Position numbers and translations under genes: made by a program. A stretch of DNA of 64,000 bases from Eledone cirrhosa (lineage: Eukaryota), in contig OZ024741.1 in NCBI GenBank assembly GCA_964016885.1, forward strand, positions 145,886,001 through 145,950,000, given 5' to 3'. This document shows positions 1 through 13,300 of this stretch, in pieces. Under the pieces are notes generated by a model, which had not been told where the DNA came from, made no database searches, and worked only from the letters and a program-made list of their open reading frames with translations. How positions within the stretch are numbered: the first letter of the stretch is position 1; each line of letters opens with the position of its first letter.

Positions 1-54
1 ATGCTTATGAATAAGATGTGCTCATATGATCTCTCATAGTCTCAAAATCTGACA

Positions 55-85
<31 letters not shown>

Positions 86-689
86 CATTCAAATTGTTTG
101 GATTTTGGAGGTTTTCAGGTTTCAGATGCTGCAAAAGAATTATCAGCCTCTAATCATCAACATCAATATCATCATCTGACATTGGTTGGGAAGCTTGATA
201 TAAACATCAGTTGAATATTACATTTTCAGTTTATCTTTTTGAAGTCATATGTCAAATGTTATTTAAAAGGTTACCCAAATGCTCCTTTAGTACACTTTCT
301 CTCTGTCACTTAAAACATTTCAGGTAATTTTGAAATGAAACTTTCAAGTGTTGGTTTCTAAGAAGCTGTCTAAATTGTTTTCATATTGTTGTTGAAGCTG
401 TTATTATATCCATGTTACTGCTGTTGCTCCAGTTGTAGATGATTGCACTCACTAATTTAAAGAAACTTGCATGCAGAACAATAGTTTTACAACTAGTGAA
501 TTTGCTTATTTTGAAATTAAAGTCATAAAAGGAAATTACTTATGCAAACCAATCATTATAAACATAGCTGCTGCCTTCACTGTAAATTGGTATCACATGG
601 CTTTTGAGTTATTTCCTCTGTGTATGTGAACAAACTTGGGATATGTGTAAAATTGAAATCATGCAAAAGACATTTTCTCAGAGCATAAT

Positions 690-935
690 GTAGGTTTGAG
701 TGATCTAATAACTTTTCTCAAAGGAGACCCCTTCCTCCTGTTTGACAGAGGAAAATACAAACATTGGAAAAAAAAAAAAGTAATCCTGATGCCAACTGGC
801 ATAAAAAAGAAACATTCAATCAATGCCTGATATTTAGCTATCTTCTGTTCCTCTGCATTGTGCACTGCAGCACTTGGGTTTGTGATCAAGAATATATCAC
901 AACATGTAGCATTCCAAATGACTGATTTCAATGAT
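690..935 (-). pseudogene. Degraded non-LTR retrotransposon restriction-like endonuclease remnant (CRE-like)
   Basis: Minus ORF 659..931 reads KSVIWNATCCD...SAAVHNAEEQKIAKYQAL...FMPVG, resembling the WDATC.D...AA..AE..K..KY..L...F.P motif of CRE-clade C-termini. Recognised by eye only. Confidence 0.45.
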
Positions 936-977
936 ATTGTAACTAATGTAATCAGAGTAAGTTTATATTGTTGTAGG

Positions 978-1202
978 CAGGGGCCTCGTTTGCCTTAGAA
1001 ATGTGAGGGGGACAAACCGACATTTGTTGATTCTTAAAGGAGCATAAATTGGTTATGGTGTCTTTCCCGGATCCTATCACATAAGGAAAATTTTATATAT
1101 TCAAATGAAGTTCAGATATAAAAGAATAAACAAAAAATAAAATACAGACGTTTGAAAAAGTAGGGGGGGGTCCCCTGGTACCCCCCTGAAACAAGGCCCT
1201 TG
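978..1202. mobile_element. hAT-type MITE (225 bp)
   Basis: TIRs CAGGGGCCTCGTTT / AAACAAGGCCCTTG (12/14 match). Flanked by near-perfect 8-bp TSD GTTGTAGG (970-977) / GTTGTATG (1203-1210). Confidence 0.75.
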
Positions 1203-1211
1203 GTTGTATGT

Positions 1212-1450
1212 GTATGGCCTAGTGGTTGATGTGTTGGATTTATGAGTGTAATATTGGTGGTTTGATTCTGGAACCTGGCTATACATAGTGTTTGTGAGCA
1301 TTGCTCTAGTCCACTCAGCTGAAAGTGAGCAACAGTAACCTACAATGGACAAGCTTTCTGTGTAGCAGGGATATTTATATTCTCAGTCCCTTAATGCCAA
1401 TGAAATTGAAATAAACACCAGCCTGGTGATCTTCTGGGCTTGGGACAGAT
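1212..1450 (+). mobile_element. Degraded tRNA-derived SINE (CORE/Nin-like body)
   Basis: TGGCCTAGTGG A-box-like head and CTAGTCCACTCAGCTG core, shared with copies at 7.5, 25.5, 33.9 and 59.3 kb. Confidence 0.55.
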
Positions 1451-2576
1451 TTTAGGTTTTGTAACCAGCCCTCAGGCCAGCTCTGATTGAACAGCTTTAT
1501 GGTCAAAGATGTTTTAGACATGAGCAATCAAGATTTTGTATATTTTTCTATACTAAGACTACAGTATCTAATGTGTCCATCATATTTTATGACAATAGGA
1601 TGTCATTTGCGGAGATTTTACTCCTATTTCTAACAGATCAAACCTGATCTGGTGTTGATGCTAATGTTTCACTTATTTTGTATGCTAGCATGGGTTAGAC
1701 AAGACAACTCAAGGAAAACATTCTAAAGCAAGGCCCCCTCTTTTGGTGCCATCAATAAACACAGAAATATGAAAAAATGTTTCTACACATTTTTATTGAA
1801 CGTTTTTTTCCTTCATGTTTGAAGCTTTGTAACTTCTCACAAATTATCTGTGTACGTTTATACTGAGAAGATTTATTTTTTTAAATCATATATTTATTAA
1901 ATCATATATTTCTGCTAGTTTAGACTTTCTTAATTGGCAAATTAATTGAATATAGATCAATAACAGCTTCATTCAAAAAAAGATAAATACTCAAAGCTAT
2001 AATGACAAAAGATCTAATGAAAGAAACCTAAGTAGGAGAGCAGTCACTTCAAATAAGTAGGTCTATATGTTGTAGACATGGTATCCATCAGTCATAGCAA
2101 AGATAATCCATCTAGGATAGCAGTCGCTCTGAATAAAAACTGATACAGGATAGAGAGGATTCTTAAATTCTGACAAACAATGTTTTTATTGACTAGTGCA
2201 TGCTGTAAAATGGTTGGTGCTATGAGAAAGCTTCTGCCAGAAACATCGCAGCCAAATTATGATCATTAAAACTTATAATGTAAACAGCTAATTGTATAAT
2301 GTAAACAGCTAATTGTACCCATTCATGGGAAAACGGATATAAAATGTTGATATGGGAATGGATAATTAGTTGTAAGAAGCAACTAAAAGTGTTGGCATAT
2401 CAGGAAAGGCTTATAGTCATAAAATATTTCCTTAACATCCCTGTAACATCTTCCTATTAGAAGTGCTTGAAACCCTAACCCTAAAAGAATAACAACAACA
2501 ATAATAATGATTTCTACTTTAGTACACTGGTACTTTAGGCCTTACTGGTACTTTGCACTGGGATTGATTTAATAAT

Positions 2577-2795
2577 AATGGTTTCTTATGTAGGCACAAA
2601 GCCAGCAATTTGGGGGTAGTGGAAATTCGATTAAATCGACCCAGTGCCTGCCTGGTACTTTATTTTATCGACCCCGTAAGGATGAAAGGCAAAGTTAACC
2701 TCGGCGGGATTTGAACTCAGACCGTAAAGAGCTGTAACATTATGCTGCAATGCATGGCGTCTGGCCCTCTACCAATACTGCCAATCCACTGCCCT
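2577..2795 (-). mobile_element. tRNA-derived SINE with Meta-like domain
   Basis: Minus strand has B-box GTTCAAATCC followed by CGCCGAGGTTAACTTTGCCTTTCATCCTTACGGGGTCGATAAAATAAAGTACC and an (ATT)n tail. More than 10 copies in the window. Confidence 0.85.
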
Positions 2796-2804
2796 AATAA
2801 TAAT

Positions 2805-3780
2805 AATAATGCTTTCTTCATTGGCCATACAGGGCTTACATTAAGGAGATATTAAAGATGGTACAGGACAATACAGTGTGGGTTTTTTTGTGTAAAATAA
2901 AATTTACAACAGGGATGAGAGGGGGAAAATTTTGCCAACCAAGCACATGATGCTGAACAGTTTCGAGAGGTGACTGTTCACTCTAGCCACTGAGCAGATA
3001 TCAGAAAAGGGACCTGAAGTCACAATGATTGAGCCTATCGAATGCATTCGATTGATCTAAGCTGATCAGGGCCCACCTCTGCCAGGATTCTTAGCCACCC
3101 TCTCTATGATGTATCACATGAGATGGAGGTCGTAGATGGATCTCTTTGGAATAGCACATATCTGCACTTCTTCCACCAGGTCCCCTGATTTTTAACAATA
3201 ACGTTGCCTTCCTTAATCCTCCTCATTTGACTTTTTTTCAATTTTTTTGTTGCCCTGCAAAAGAGGCCGTCATCTGAGAAAAAGGCTTCTGTATATTGTT
3301 GGAGGCAGCTTCAGTTTGTTTGAACCCATCTCATTGTGTACATTTTCATTGCTTTTACTGTTACTGTTGTTGTTGCTGCCGCTGCTGTTGCTGATCAGGT
3401 TGTTGTTTCCATTTGTGTTGTCATTTTTCTTATGTCGCTGTTATTTTTGTTGTTTGTTTCTGTGCCATGTTTTTGTAGCTGTAATGGTGATGGTATCAGT
3501 TTTTGTTTTCGCGTGTTGTTGTCTTTTGTTGTGTTTGTTTTACTATTTTGAAATTTTATGATGGTGACGATGGTGTTAAAGTTATCAGTTTTCAGTACTC
3601 CGTTTCGTATTTTTTTAGCTATGTTGTTGTTGGCAACAGTGGCCATCTTTGTGGTGGTCTATAGTGATGTTAGTGAGGAAGGGATATTGCTATTATCTTA
3701 GCTGTTACTCACTTGGATGTTGTGTTCAGTGGATGCCGAGGGGCTGTTTTCCTCCATTTTGAATTTTTTTTTTAATCTTG
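2805..3780 (-). mobile_element. Internally deleted Tx1/L1-clade LINE remnant (5' region, RT piece, 3' end)
   Basis: Minus strand ~3030-3180 translates with breaks to Q.CAIP.RSI.D.HL..YII...G..LISLDQSNAFDR (RT domains 2-3). The 3' end at 2810-2910 matches 24100-24200. Confidence 0.65.
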
Positions 3781-4179
3781 AGGGTGTAAATTTAGAATAT
3801 AAAATTCAAATATAAAATTCAAATATTAGAATATAAAATTCAAATATTATGGGGTCTCATTTTTTTAGGGCAAAGCTGATGTCTTATGTCCTCTTTACAA
3901 CAAAAATGATAACAAAACAAGCATTTTAAACAGATAAAAATAATAAACTTATGGGGGCAAACAAATATACGTTTAAACCAGCCAATCATAAGCATAAGGC
4001 CAACAATTTTAGGAGAGTAGAAAGTGCATTACTAGTACTTTATTCTATCAAGTCAGTAAGGATGAAAGTCTAATCTAACCTCGGCAGGATTTGAACTCAG
4101 AACATAAAGGGCCATAACTATATACCACAAAGCATGTTGGCCGATGCTTAGCCTATAATGACATAATAGTAATAATAAT

Positions 4180-4358
4180 TGTTTCTACTTTTGGCACAAG
4201 GCCAGCAATTACCCAGTGCATTACTGGTACTTTATTTTATCGACCCCATAAGGATGAAAAGTAAAGTTAACCTCGGCGGGATTTGAACTCAGATCATAAA
4301 GGGTCGTAACTCTTTGCTGCAAAGCATGGCGTTCAACCCTCTACCAATACTGCCAATC
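4180..4358 (-). mobile_element. Meta-like SINE copy (an older copy lies at ~3995-4150)
   Basis: GGCACAAGGCCAGCAATTACCCAGTGCATTACTGGTACTTTATTTTATCGACCCC...CCTCGGCGGGATTTGAACTCAG. Confidence 0.85.
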
Positions 4359-5264
4359 CAGAAATTGAATTCCTTTTGCAGTTGTTTACACTTTAGTATG
4401 TATTTAGCATTTTGCCTATTTCTTTTATTCAGGTCCAACATCTTCAATTCAAACTTTAACTATTTGACTGTTTACAATATATTTGTCTTTCTTGTATATT
4501 ATTTTTACTTTTTTCCCCCTCTCTGTTTAGTCTTTCAGGATTTAAACTATTTCTGTATTGTTCTTTTTTCCCCCTTTAAGTCAACATTAGTACCAAACTA
4601 AAATCGATTTTACATAATATACCTCATTTTAGCTATTGTCCATAACCCAGCCAGAAGTATACTGAAAACAATTTTTCATGACCAGAAAATAGCATTGAAA
4701 ATTACATTACTATTTCAACTCTTTCCGTTTTCACACACCGAAAAGTTTTGAAAAGTTTAATATTTTATTATTTAGCATTAACATTAAAAACTGATCAAAA
4801 TATCAGCCAAATTTACTGCATTTTCTGAAAATTTATAATATTAGCATTAAACAACTATTTATGTATGTTTACTACAGCAATATATTTCAATGGTGTAAAT
4901 TTTCAATGATTGCAAGATATTTATGCCTGTCAAGTTGTATAATATATGGAATTAAAAAAATAATAATACAAGAATATAAAGCAGGTATTTTAAATGTGAA
5001 ATGTCAAATATAAATATCATTTTTCAGATTTCTGCAATATAACTTGGAAGACTGATGAAAAATTTCCTTCAACTTTTCCTCCACACTTCAGATTTGATAA
5101 ACACATTTTGAGATACCAAGACTTTCTTCATATTTCAGCTTACTATATGTATATATATGTGTATATATATATATAAGATTAATTTACGCTTGCATGGTAT
5201 TTAAAAAAGAAAAATCTTTTGTTGCTGAAGTGCCCGTGATACTGAAAAATGTCCTCTTATGGCT

Positions 5265-5700
5265 TGCTTTGCCACTGGAATAAAAGGAAGACATTAGTCA
5301 TCTAGAAAACACACATGGCATTAAAGAGGCTTTTTGCTTGCAAACAAACTGAATATTAATAATATTATAATTATTCCCTCAGGAATACATTTAGTATCCA
5401 CCATGTTAAGAGTGAAAACAATTTTCTTTTTAAATTTTTGGAAACTTAGAATAATCAGCAAATGTATACTTTTGAGAATGCTATGTATTCTTAGCAGTTC
5501 AGCGGGTAGCGGTGACGAGAATACATGGTCTCAATAAGGAGCAAAACTGCCAAAACAATTGGCGACTCTTTTCTCTCAGCTACCACTGGAACAGAAGCAT
5601 GATGTTGGCCATCTAGAAAACACACATGATGTTAATTAGACTGTTTACTTGCAAACAAACCGAATATTAATAATATATAATATTATTATTATTCACTCAC
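5265..5700. repeat. Diverged direct duplication (~120 bp, ~5270-5385 vs ~5580-5700)
   Basis: Both copies share CCACTGGAA..., CATCTAGAAAACACACATG and CTTGCAAACAAAC.GAATATTAATAATAT. Confidence 0.75.
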
Positions 5701-5726
5701 AAATACATACATATATATATATATAT

Positions 5727-6018
5727 ATAAAGAAAAAAAGATGAAATCGAAAATGCAACGAGTCTTATTAAAAAAAAATATATATATATTTATTTGGTTC
5801 CTTTACCGGTTTCGCAGTTCTTCTGCTTTTCAAAAGTAGAGTTGAGATGGAGGGTCTGTGGTTTTTCTCACATCGCACAGATGTATATATAGATATATAG
5901 ATATTTAAAAAAAATAAGACTCCAGTTGCATTTTCGATTTCATCTTTTTTTCTTTATACTTTCACTCGTGTAGGACACTTTGGTTATTTTTCATTTTGTA
6001 AAAAAACCTCATTTTCTA

Positions 6019-6020
<2 letters not shown>
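5727..6020. mobile_element. Foldback Penelope-like terminal remnant inserted in (TA)n
   Basis: ~45-bp inverted arms (5727-5770 vs 5912-5958) enclose a minus-strand HHR plus AATAAA. (TA)n lies on both flanks. Confidence 0.65.
5801..5836 (-). ncRNA. Minimal type I hammerhead ribozyme, U3:A8 variant
   Basis: Minus strand: CTT-TTGAAAA-GCAG(AAGAA)CTGC-GAAA-CCGG-TA-AAG. Stems I and II pair, stem III is palindromic, the site is GUA, and AATAAA follows. Confidence 0.7.
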
Positions 6021-6056
<36 letters not shown>

Positions 6057-6414
6057 CATCATCATTGTTTAACGTCAATTTTCCATGCCAGCATGGGTTA
6101 AACGGTTTGTCCTATCTGAGGTAAGTTCGGTCAGATGCCTGTGTCTTATAAACATACCTATGTGTATATAAATGTGTGTGTATACATATATATATATATA
6201 TTATTAACATATTTGTTTGATTAACTTCACTGTGAATTAGTATTAACATCAACATAACAATTACTGAAAGTAAGGGTGGTAATATAAATTGTCAACTTAA
6301 ATGTTATCTGCTTACATAACATTGCATAATAGATGTCATCCTAAGGTTCTGAATTCAGTTTACATGCTTACAGAAATACATACAAATAATTTACTTATTC
6401 ATATTTCACTCCTT

Positions 6415-6501
6415 TAGATATATATATATACCTATACATGTAAGCATATATCCATACACACATATATATGAGTGTGTGTGTATATAGGTATATATATGTG
6501 T

Positions 6502-6576
<75 letters not shown>

Positions 6577-6669
6577 CATACATATATATACCTATATATA
6601 TACATACATATATATACCTATATACATACACACACATATATGTGTGTATGGATATATGCTTACATGTAT

Positions 6670-6700
<31 letters not shown>

Positions 6701-6850
6701 ACATACATGCATATATATATGCATACATATATGTATATATGTATGCTTATATATATATATACACACACACACACACATATATAAATATATATATATATAT
6801 GCATACACACATACCAACACATGTACATACATCCACATCTACACATATCA
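6415..6850. repeat. Compound (TA)n/(CA)n/(TG)n microsatellite with an internal inverted repeat
   Basis: TATACCTATACATGTAAGCATATATCCATACACACATATA near 6427 is the reverse complement of sequence near 6637-6676. Source of the YIYI ORFs. Confidence 0.9.
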
Positions 6851-7201
6851 TAAATCGATAACACGTTTTTGTAAACTTAAATTCTGTTAAAACATCTTAA
6901 ATTAGACAGAAAATTCTGGAAGTTTTATTTATTAGTATATGATTTTTTATTCCTTTAATTTGGTAACTCCAAGAATATTTTTCAGAATCCCTTCTAGAAT
7001 CGAATTACAAAATTACGTTCACATTTTTTATTTTGCATCCTAGGTGCAGACCATGGCTATGCAGTTAAGGAATTCACTTTGCAACTATGTCATTTTAGGT
7101 TCAGTTCCACTACATCGCACCTTGAGCAAGTGTATTTCAGTTGACCAATCCCTTGCAGATGAAATTTAGTGGATGGAAATGGTAATGAACCCTCCTGTTG
7201 T

Positions 7202-7244
<43 letters not shown>

Positions 7245-7511
7245 GCAACCTTACAACAAATATATATATATGTGTGTGTGTCCATGCTTACATTTAAACC
7301 ACTTAACGACTGGTACTATTTTTTGAAGTCCTGTAACTTAGTGGTTTGACAAATAGAGAATAAGGAAATAAAGAACAAAACTGAAAATAACAAGTACTAG
7401 TGTAAAGAGCCAGATCAATTACAGTGAAGCATTTCGTCCAACACTCTTATCATTCTCTTGTCTACTACCCCTAAATTATAATTGTATACTAAAACTACAA
7501 ACTGAAAGCTT

Positions 7512-7785
7512 ATGGCTTTGGGGTTAGGGAATTTGGTTTATGAACATGAGGGTGTGGATTTGATTACCAAACCTGGGAGCACATTGTGTCCCTTAATAAG
7601 ACATTTCATTTCACATTGCCAGAGGCCATTCAGCTGGTAAAGAAATGAATATCAGCAGCAGCGGGTTGTAAATCCTGTTACAGACTAATGTCCTGTCCAG
7701 AGTGGAGTCTTGTACTCTAACTCACTTAACACCATTGCTACTGAGATAAGTTCTGGACTGATGAGCCTCAAAATCAAAACAGACT
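7512..7785 (+). mobile_element. tRNA-derived SINE with CORE/Nin-like domain
   Basis: TGTGTCCCTTAATAAGACATTTCATTTCACATTG...ATTCAGCTG, and a Nin-like end CTGAGATAAGTTCTGGACTGATGAGCC. Confidence 0.55.
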
Positions 7786-9084
7786 ATCTCTCATCATCTA
7801 TGTGTAGTTATTAGAGAATACAGATGCATTTCAGGGGTTTGCTTTTCTGTTTAGTCTGATATCGTTCCAGCCAGAAGAATTGGGATTTAACATTTATGGA
7901 TAACAAAGGGGGTAGATTTAATCCATTGCTTGGTTTAATTCCATCACCTCTCCCTTGGGTCGTCTCCAATTTGAGGAGACTTAGTGGTTAGAGTGGTGGG
8001 TTCATGATCACAATGTCATGGGTTTGATTCTCTCACTGTTATTGAGCAAAGCAGAAAATATGAGTACCAGAGAGGTGTCTACTGCTTTCAGTCATTGGAA
8101 TAAACTGTGGATAGGTGAGCCTCTAGGCTTTAGAAAAAAATATTGAGAAATGACTTCCTAATTGATTTAATTGAAATTTAATTATTCAAGTTGATTGAGA
8201 TATTTTCACAAAGTGAAATTACTGACAGGTAAGGATCATTGGAAATTGAAATTACAATTAGAATACATAAATTCAATAAAAACTCTTGAAAATTTTCAAT
8301 ATTGCTTAAAAATATGAATTTTCTTTATTTATTTTTTCTTTATTATTGAATTAAAATATACAGTTTGGATTTAAATTTCTTTTATTGTTATTATACTGTT
8401 GTAGTTGTTATTTTGCTATTGTTATTATTATTGTTGTTGTTGTTGTTATTACATAGCAGGACTTTTCAACACTACTACTACAACTACTACTACTACTACT
8501 ACTATTGTCGCTACAATTACGTTTAATCACCTAATATTCATTTGTGAAACTATCACACTTTTCTTAATTTATAAATTTAAAAAAAAACTTAAGTCTTAGC
8601 CTTCCTATACAAATATTAATGAGTGTTGATATCTGGGAGGACCAGCTTAAAAAATAGCATGTTACTGGTTATTTTCTGGTAATATTATGTGTTCTCTTTA
8701 TATATATATATATAATAAAAGACCCATAATTTTCAAAAAGCCGGTACAGCGCGGTAGAAAAATATAAAGAGCAAATGATGACAAATAAAACAGAACAAAG
8801 TAATGTTTTACGTAGTGTATTTCAACATGATATTTCATGGTTAATACCCTCTGTTCAAATGTGGAGCTGAAACAGTTCAAAGCAATGTGTTTTTTCTCCT
8901 TAACTGGCCTATGTGTCTGAAATATGCACATATTAAATTGCTGTAGCAGCCACTCTGCCTCAAGCATTTCCAATCTATTATTTATTTTTGATCTATGTGT
9001 GTGTGTGTGAATGTGTGTGTGCAAAAGTAAACAGAATCAACAAAGCAGATATATATGTATATCATTATCATACTGCCCTTGCCA

Positions 9085-9203
9085 TTCTGAGTTCAAATCC
9101 CGCCGAGGTTAACTTTGCCTTTTATCCTTACGGGGTCGATAAAATAAAGTACCAGTAATGTACTGGGTAATTGCTGGCCTTGTGCCAAAAGTAGAAACAA
9201 TTA
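9085..9203 (+). mobile_element. Meta-like SINE, 5'-truncated
   Basis: CTGAGTTCAAATCCCGCCGAGGTTAACTTTGCCTTTTATCCTTACGGGGTCGATAAAATAAAGTACC. Confidence 0.85.
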
Positions 9204-9944
9204 TCAACATTTTACACCTATTTTCAAGGCGTTCATGGGTCAGATGAGTAGTTGTTATATTAAGAGGCTATAACATCTGACTTTGCCTGACTTACATGTT
9301 CCATTCTGTATGTACTAGGTGCATTATATTGTGGTATCCCCATTACTACCTAACAGGGGGCTTTTTATCATGGCACCACCACTGCCACTTTACAGAGTGG
9401 GCTGGGTGCGTTTTATTGAGGCACCATATTTCATAGACAATAGACATTGGTAGTAAGTGCTATCCAGTTATATTGCTGTTAATGCATTATGTCCATTTAG
9501 TCATGCAAACATGGAATAGTTGTATCCCTGTAAATACCATGATTACTGACCTTCCTTTTTATACTAAAATGGAATGAACTTCCCTCAGTTTTGACAATGT
9601 GTCTTCCTGTTGTTTGATCAACAGAGCAGCCTGCTTGTGAAATTAATTAGCACAATGTTCAACAGACATAACTCTCAGGGAGATTCAATGTGACATAATG
9701 TGTAACTTGGTTAACTCTTTGAATTACAAGTACAGTCTATCTGATGGGCTTTCAAACAATTACTGCATACCTAATTTCCCAAGCGTAGGATCAAACTGAC
9801 GCTATTGTATATGACACTTGTCTGAAATTACATGCAGTGGGATCAAACCTGGGTCTTTATTTTTGCAAAGTGAATTTCTTTACTATTTAGTCATGTTGCA
9901 TCCAATAATACATCCACACATAATATGTATTTGGTGTAGAAGAA

Positions 9945-10352
9945 ATGTCAATTAAATCGATCCCAGTGCCTAACTGGTACTTTATTTAACGACCTCAGAA
10001 GTATGAAATACAAAGTTGACCTCAGCAGGATTTTGAACTCAGACCACAAAGGGACAGGACTACATACTGCTTGGCATTTTGTCCATCACTAACAATTCTG
10101 CTAATACTCCACCCTTAAAGAACACACCAAATAATGATTTTTGATTTAGGCACAAGGACAACAATTTTGGAGAAGGGCAAAGTCGATTAATATGACCCAG
10201 TGTATTACTGGTACTTTATTTTATTGACCCAGTAAGGATGAAGGGCAAAGCTAACCTTGGTGAGATGTGAACTCAGAATGTAAAGGAGCATAACTATATG
10301 TAGCAAATCATATTGTCTGATGCTCTACCAATTCTGCCAATCCACCGCCCTT
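9945..10352 (-). mobile_element. Two tandem diverged Meta-like SINE copies
   Basis: Two successive CTGGTACTTTATTT...GACC...AAAG.T.ACCT...GAACTCAG units separated by CACACCAAATAAT, which is repeated at ~10123 and ~10356. Confidence 0.75.
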
Positions 10353-13300
10353 CACACACCAAATAATAAAACAATGTCTATTGAAGCAGAACAGAGCAAC
10401 TCAACAGCAATACAAAATATGAAGATTAGAATCTTTCTATTAGCAGTACACTATTGATAGATTACAACTCATGGTAACAAAGAATATTTCCTTTATATAG
10501 TAAAAGATCACTATTAAACATTTCCTCTATTTTAGTCACATTTCCTGCATGATGTAACTTGAAAAAGAATTCACTAAATGTCTCTTGATATACACAACAT
10601 ACCTACAAAAACTAACAGACTTTAATGTTATACCAGATTCCAGAAATGTTTGCTAAATACTCAGGAACTCTATGACATTTGCACTTTAATGAAAACATTT
10701 TCATTTATAGATTAAATGTTCTAATGATAATAATTGTGTGAGCAGTCTATTCTATAATGACTCCTCCATTGCCTTTGAGGATGAGCATTCAGTTGATTGA
10801 TCAATTATACAGCTGACTTGTAAATTTATGTGAAGGTGGCTGAATATTCAACAGATATGTGTACTCTTAATGTAATTCACAAGTTGAATCAGGGATCCAC
10901 AATATGTGACAATGTTGGATGTTTAAACTGCAAGTATAATTCATCAAAGAAATTCCACAAAGTTTCCACAATTTTACACACAAGGTTAGGGTTGACCCAA
11001 TGCTATACTCAAGTCATTTCCTAAAATGTCACTCTGTGGCAATAAACCCAGGACTTCAACATAGCAAAGCAAATTTCAAAATCCACTTGGTCATGTCTGC
11101 ATCCTTATGTAGGCTCACACATACATTTATAAATACACACATACATCAATACAACTATACATACGTATACAAGCACATACACATGGCTTGGTTTCAATTG
11201 AAAACCTTTATCACTTAAAGCTGAGTTTTCAAACTCTTAACATATCTATCACAATCTCACAATCCTACTGGAAACAGTTATGCTGTTTGACCCAAATGTA
11301 CATAAATAATCTTTCCAAATTCCAAACTTGTATTTTTATATAAAGGTTGTTCCCAACATGGCTACTGCAGTAAAATGACTAAAACTAGTAAAAGAAAAAA
11401 TAATGCAGGTAGGGTACAAAAGAACAAATATGCTAGGTTACTCACATATATATGTAGTTATAATGCCCACATTTATCAGGTTTTATACTCAACTTCCTCT
11501 GTTATAGTCCTACATTAGAACCAATATTACATATATCCTTAATATATTGTCATTTTAGAAATAGTTGTCAGTAACTTTCTGGCTAATTACCTTCAGAATT
11601 GTAAATCTCAACCAAAAATTCTCTGAATACACTAGAACTGTTTTGCTATTGATAAAAGCAGCTTCACAAGGCTCATAAATCTCTACAACTTTTACCTAAG
11701 AACATACATACATACATATATTTATGTACCCAAAATAACCTGTAAAGATATCTAATGGAAGAACTACAAGCAGCCAAATATAGTAGACTAGCCACTATTT
11801 TAAATCAAGAGTTAAGAGCATCATGTCAGATGTGACTAAAAGTTTACATAATCAAATATTTTTAAAGATAGAACACAAACAAGTTGTATACTGTAGAAAA
11901 TACTACCTTCTTGAAAAAACTATTTAAACATTTTCATTGTTTTCTCTAAATCTTAATTGAAATTCATGTACTCTTTCAAGTTTCCTCTCTTCTTTGTTTA
12001 TTTATATATAAAATGTTAACTTATGTGCGTCAAACTATTTTCTCCAAATATTATTCTTAAATTTATATTTTTATCTATCATTCAATATATTGTCAGATTT
12101 AAATAATACAACACATACAAAAAGCTTTTTACAGATATTCTCTTTGCTAAAGCATTAATTAATTGAAATATAGTGCATTTCATTGGATATACAATCACAA
12201 AAGGGCTAAGATTACTCTGCGGCATAATTTAGTCTATCGCCTATTGAAAACATCATGTGCTACAGAGTGTATATAGCTAAATGGAATTCTTGTATGTCAA
12301 GAATAATTCTACCAAGACTTGAATAGCAGTGTAAGAATGGTCTTTAATCATCAATGGTAAACAATTATAATCTTGTTTCACATCGCCTTAGCTTCAATAT
12401 ATAAATGCTGAGTTACATTATCATCATCACTGTTTAATATCTATTTTCCATTCTTGTTTAGGTTAGATGGGTTGTCGCATACTGAGGCTAGACTGGTCAG
12501 GTGGCTATATTTTGCTCGTTTTCTTAGTTTCTATAACTGGGTGCTCTTCTTCATGCCAGATATTGTATGAATTAACCATATAATACAAAACTTCCCCTCG
12601 TAATTTTAAATAAGAAATGTTCAAGTTATATTCCATCAGTTATCTAATGAAAAATTAGCTATTTTGATAAATCCCTCGACATTTTTTATCGTTTTTTTTT
12701 TAGAAACATGGTAACAAAATTATTAACTACTCAATTACAGACACTGGAAAAGTGTCGATAAATATTGAAAAATCAATGACTAGGTGTTGCTTATGGTTTT
12801 CATTATATTTTTGTTACTAAAATCTGAGCTCTCTATGGTGAATTATTTGGTTCTATGGTACCTTCTTTGATTAGGCTGTTTACTTCGTTTCTTATAAATT
12901 TGTAATCAAACACATTGTCATAAGGATTATTCAGTTGTGCATCAAAGACATAACAACCTTTCTAGAGTTGGTAATCTACATGATATACACACCAGTACAT
13001 TATGTAAAGTGGTCGGTGATAGGAAGGCCATCCAGCCATAGAAAACTTGCCAAACAAAGGGTCAAGGAGATGCTTCAGTTGTGGTAAAGACATCGCAATA
13101 TCAATAGCGTGGATGCCCTGATAAAATGTACCTGGTGTAGAGCTTGCAAATGTATGTAAGAGAGATGTAAGCTCTCAGCTCATCTGAGAGGTCAGTAACA
13201 CTTCTTGAGTACTGACTCGGTCTGTAAAAACTTTACCAACATTTGCTAGCAGGGAAAAATCAACATTAAATGATGATGATGATAAAGAATACTTTTGAGT

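Noticed and set aside
2471-2484. Telomeric (CCCTAA)2
   Set aside because: Only two units; expected by chance.
5029-5150. Open frame FCNITWKTDEKFPSTFPPHF after a plus-strand acceptor-like site
   Set aside because: No clear donor, runs into (TA)n, and no recognisable homology.
6395-6864. YIYIYI / THTH / VCVC ORFs (also near 25.1, 26.2, 27.4-28.6, 41.3, 42.0-42.7 and 53.1 kb)
   Set aside because: Translations of dinucleotide microsatellites that lack stop codons.
7755-7785. CTGATGAG as a hammerhead core
   Set aside because: No stem II or GAAA partner; it is part of a SINE 3' domain.
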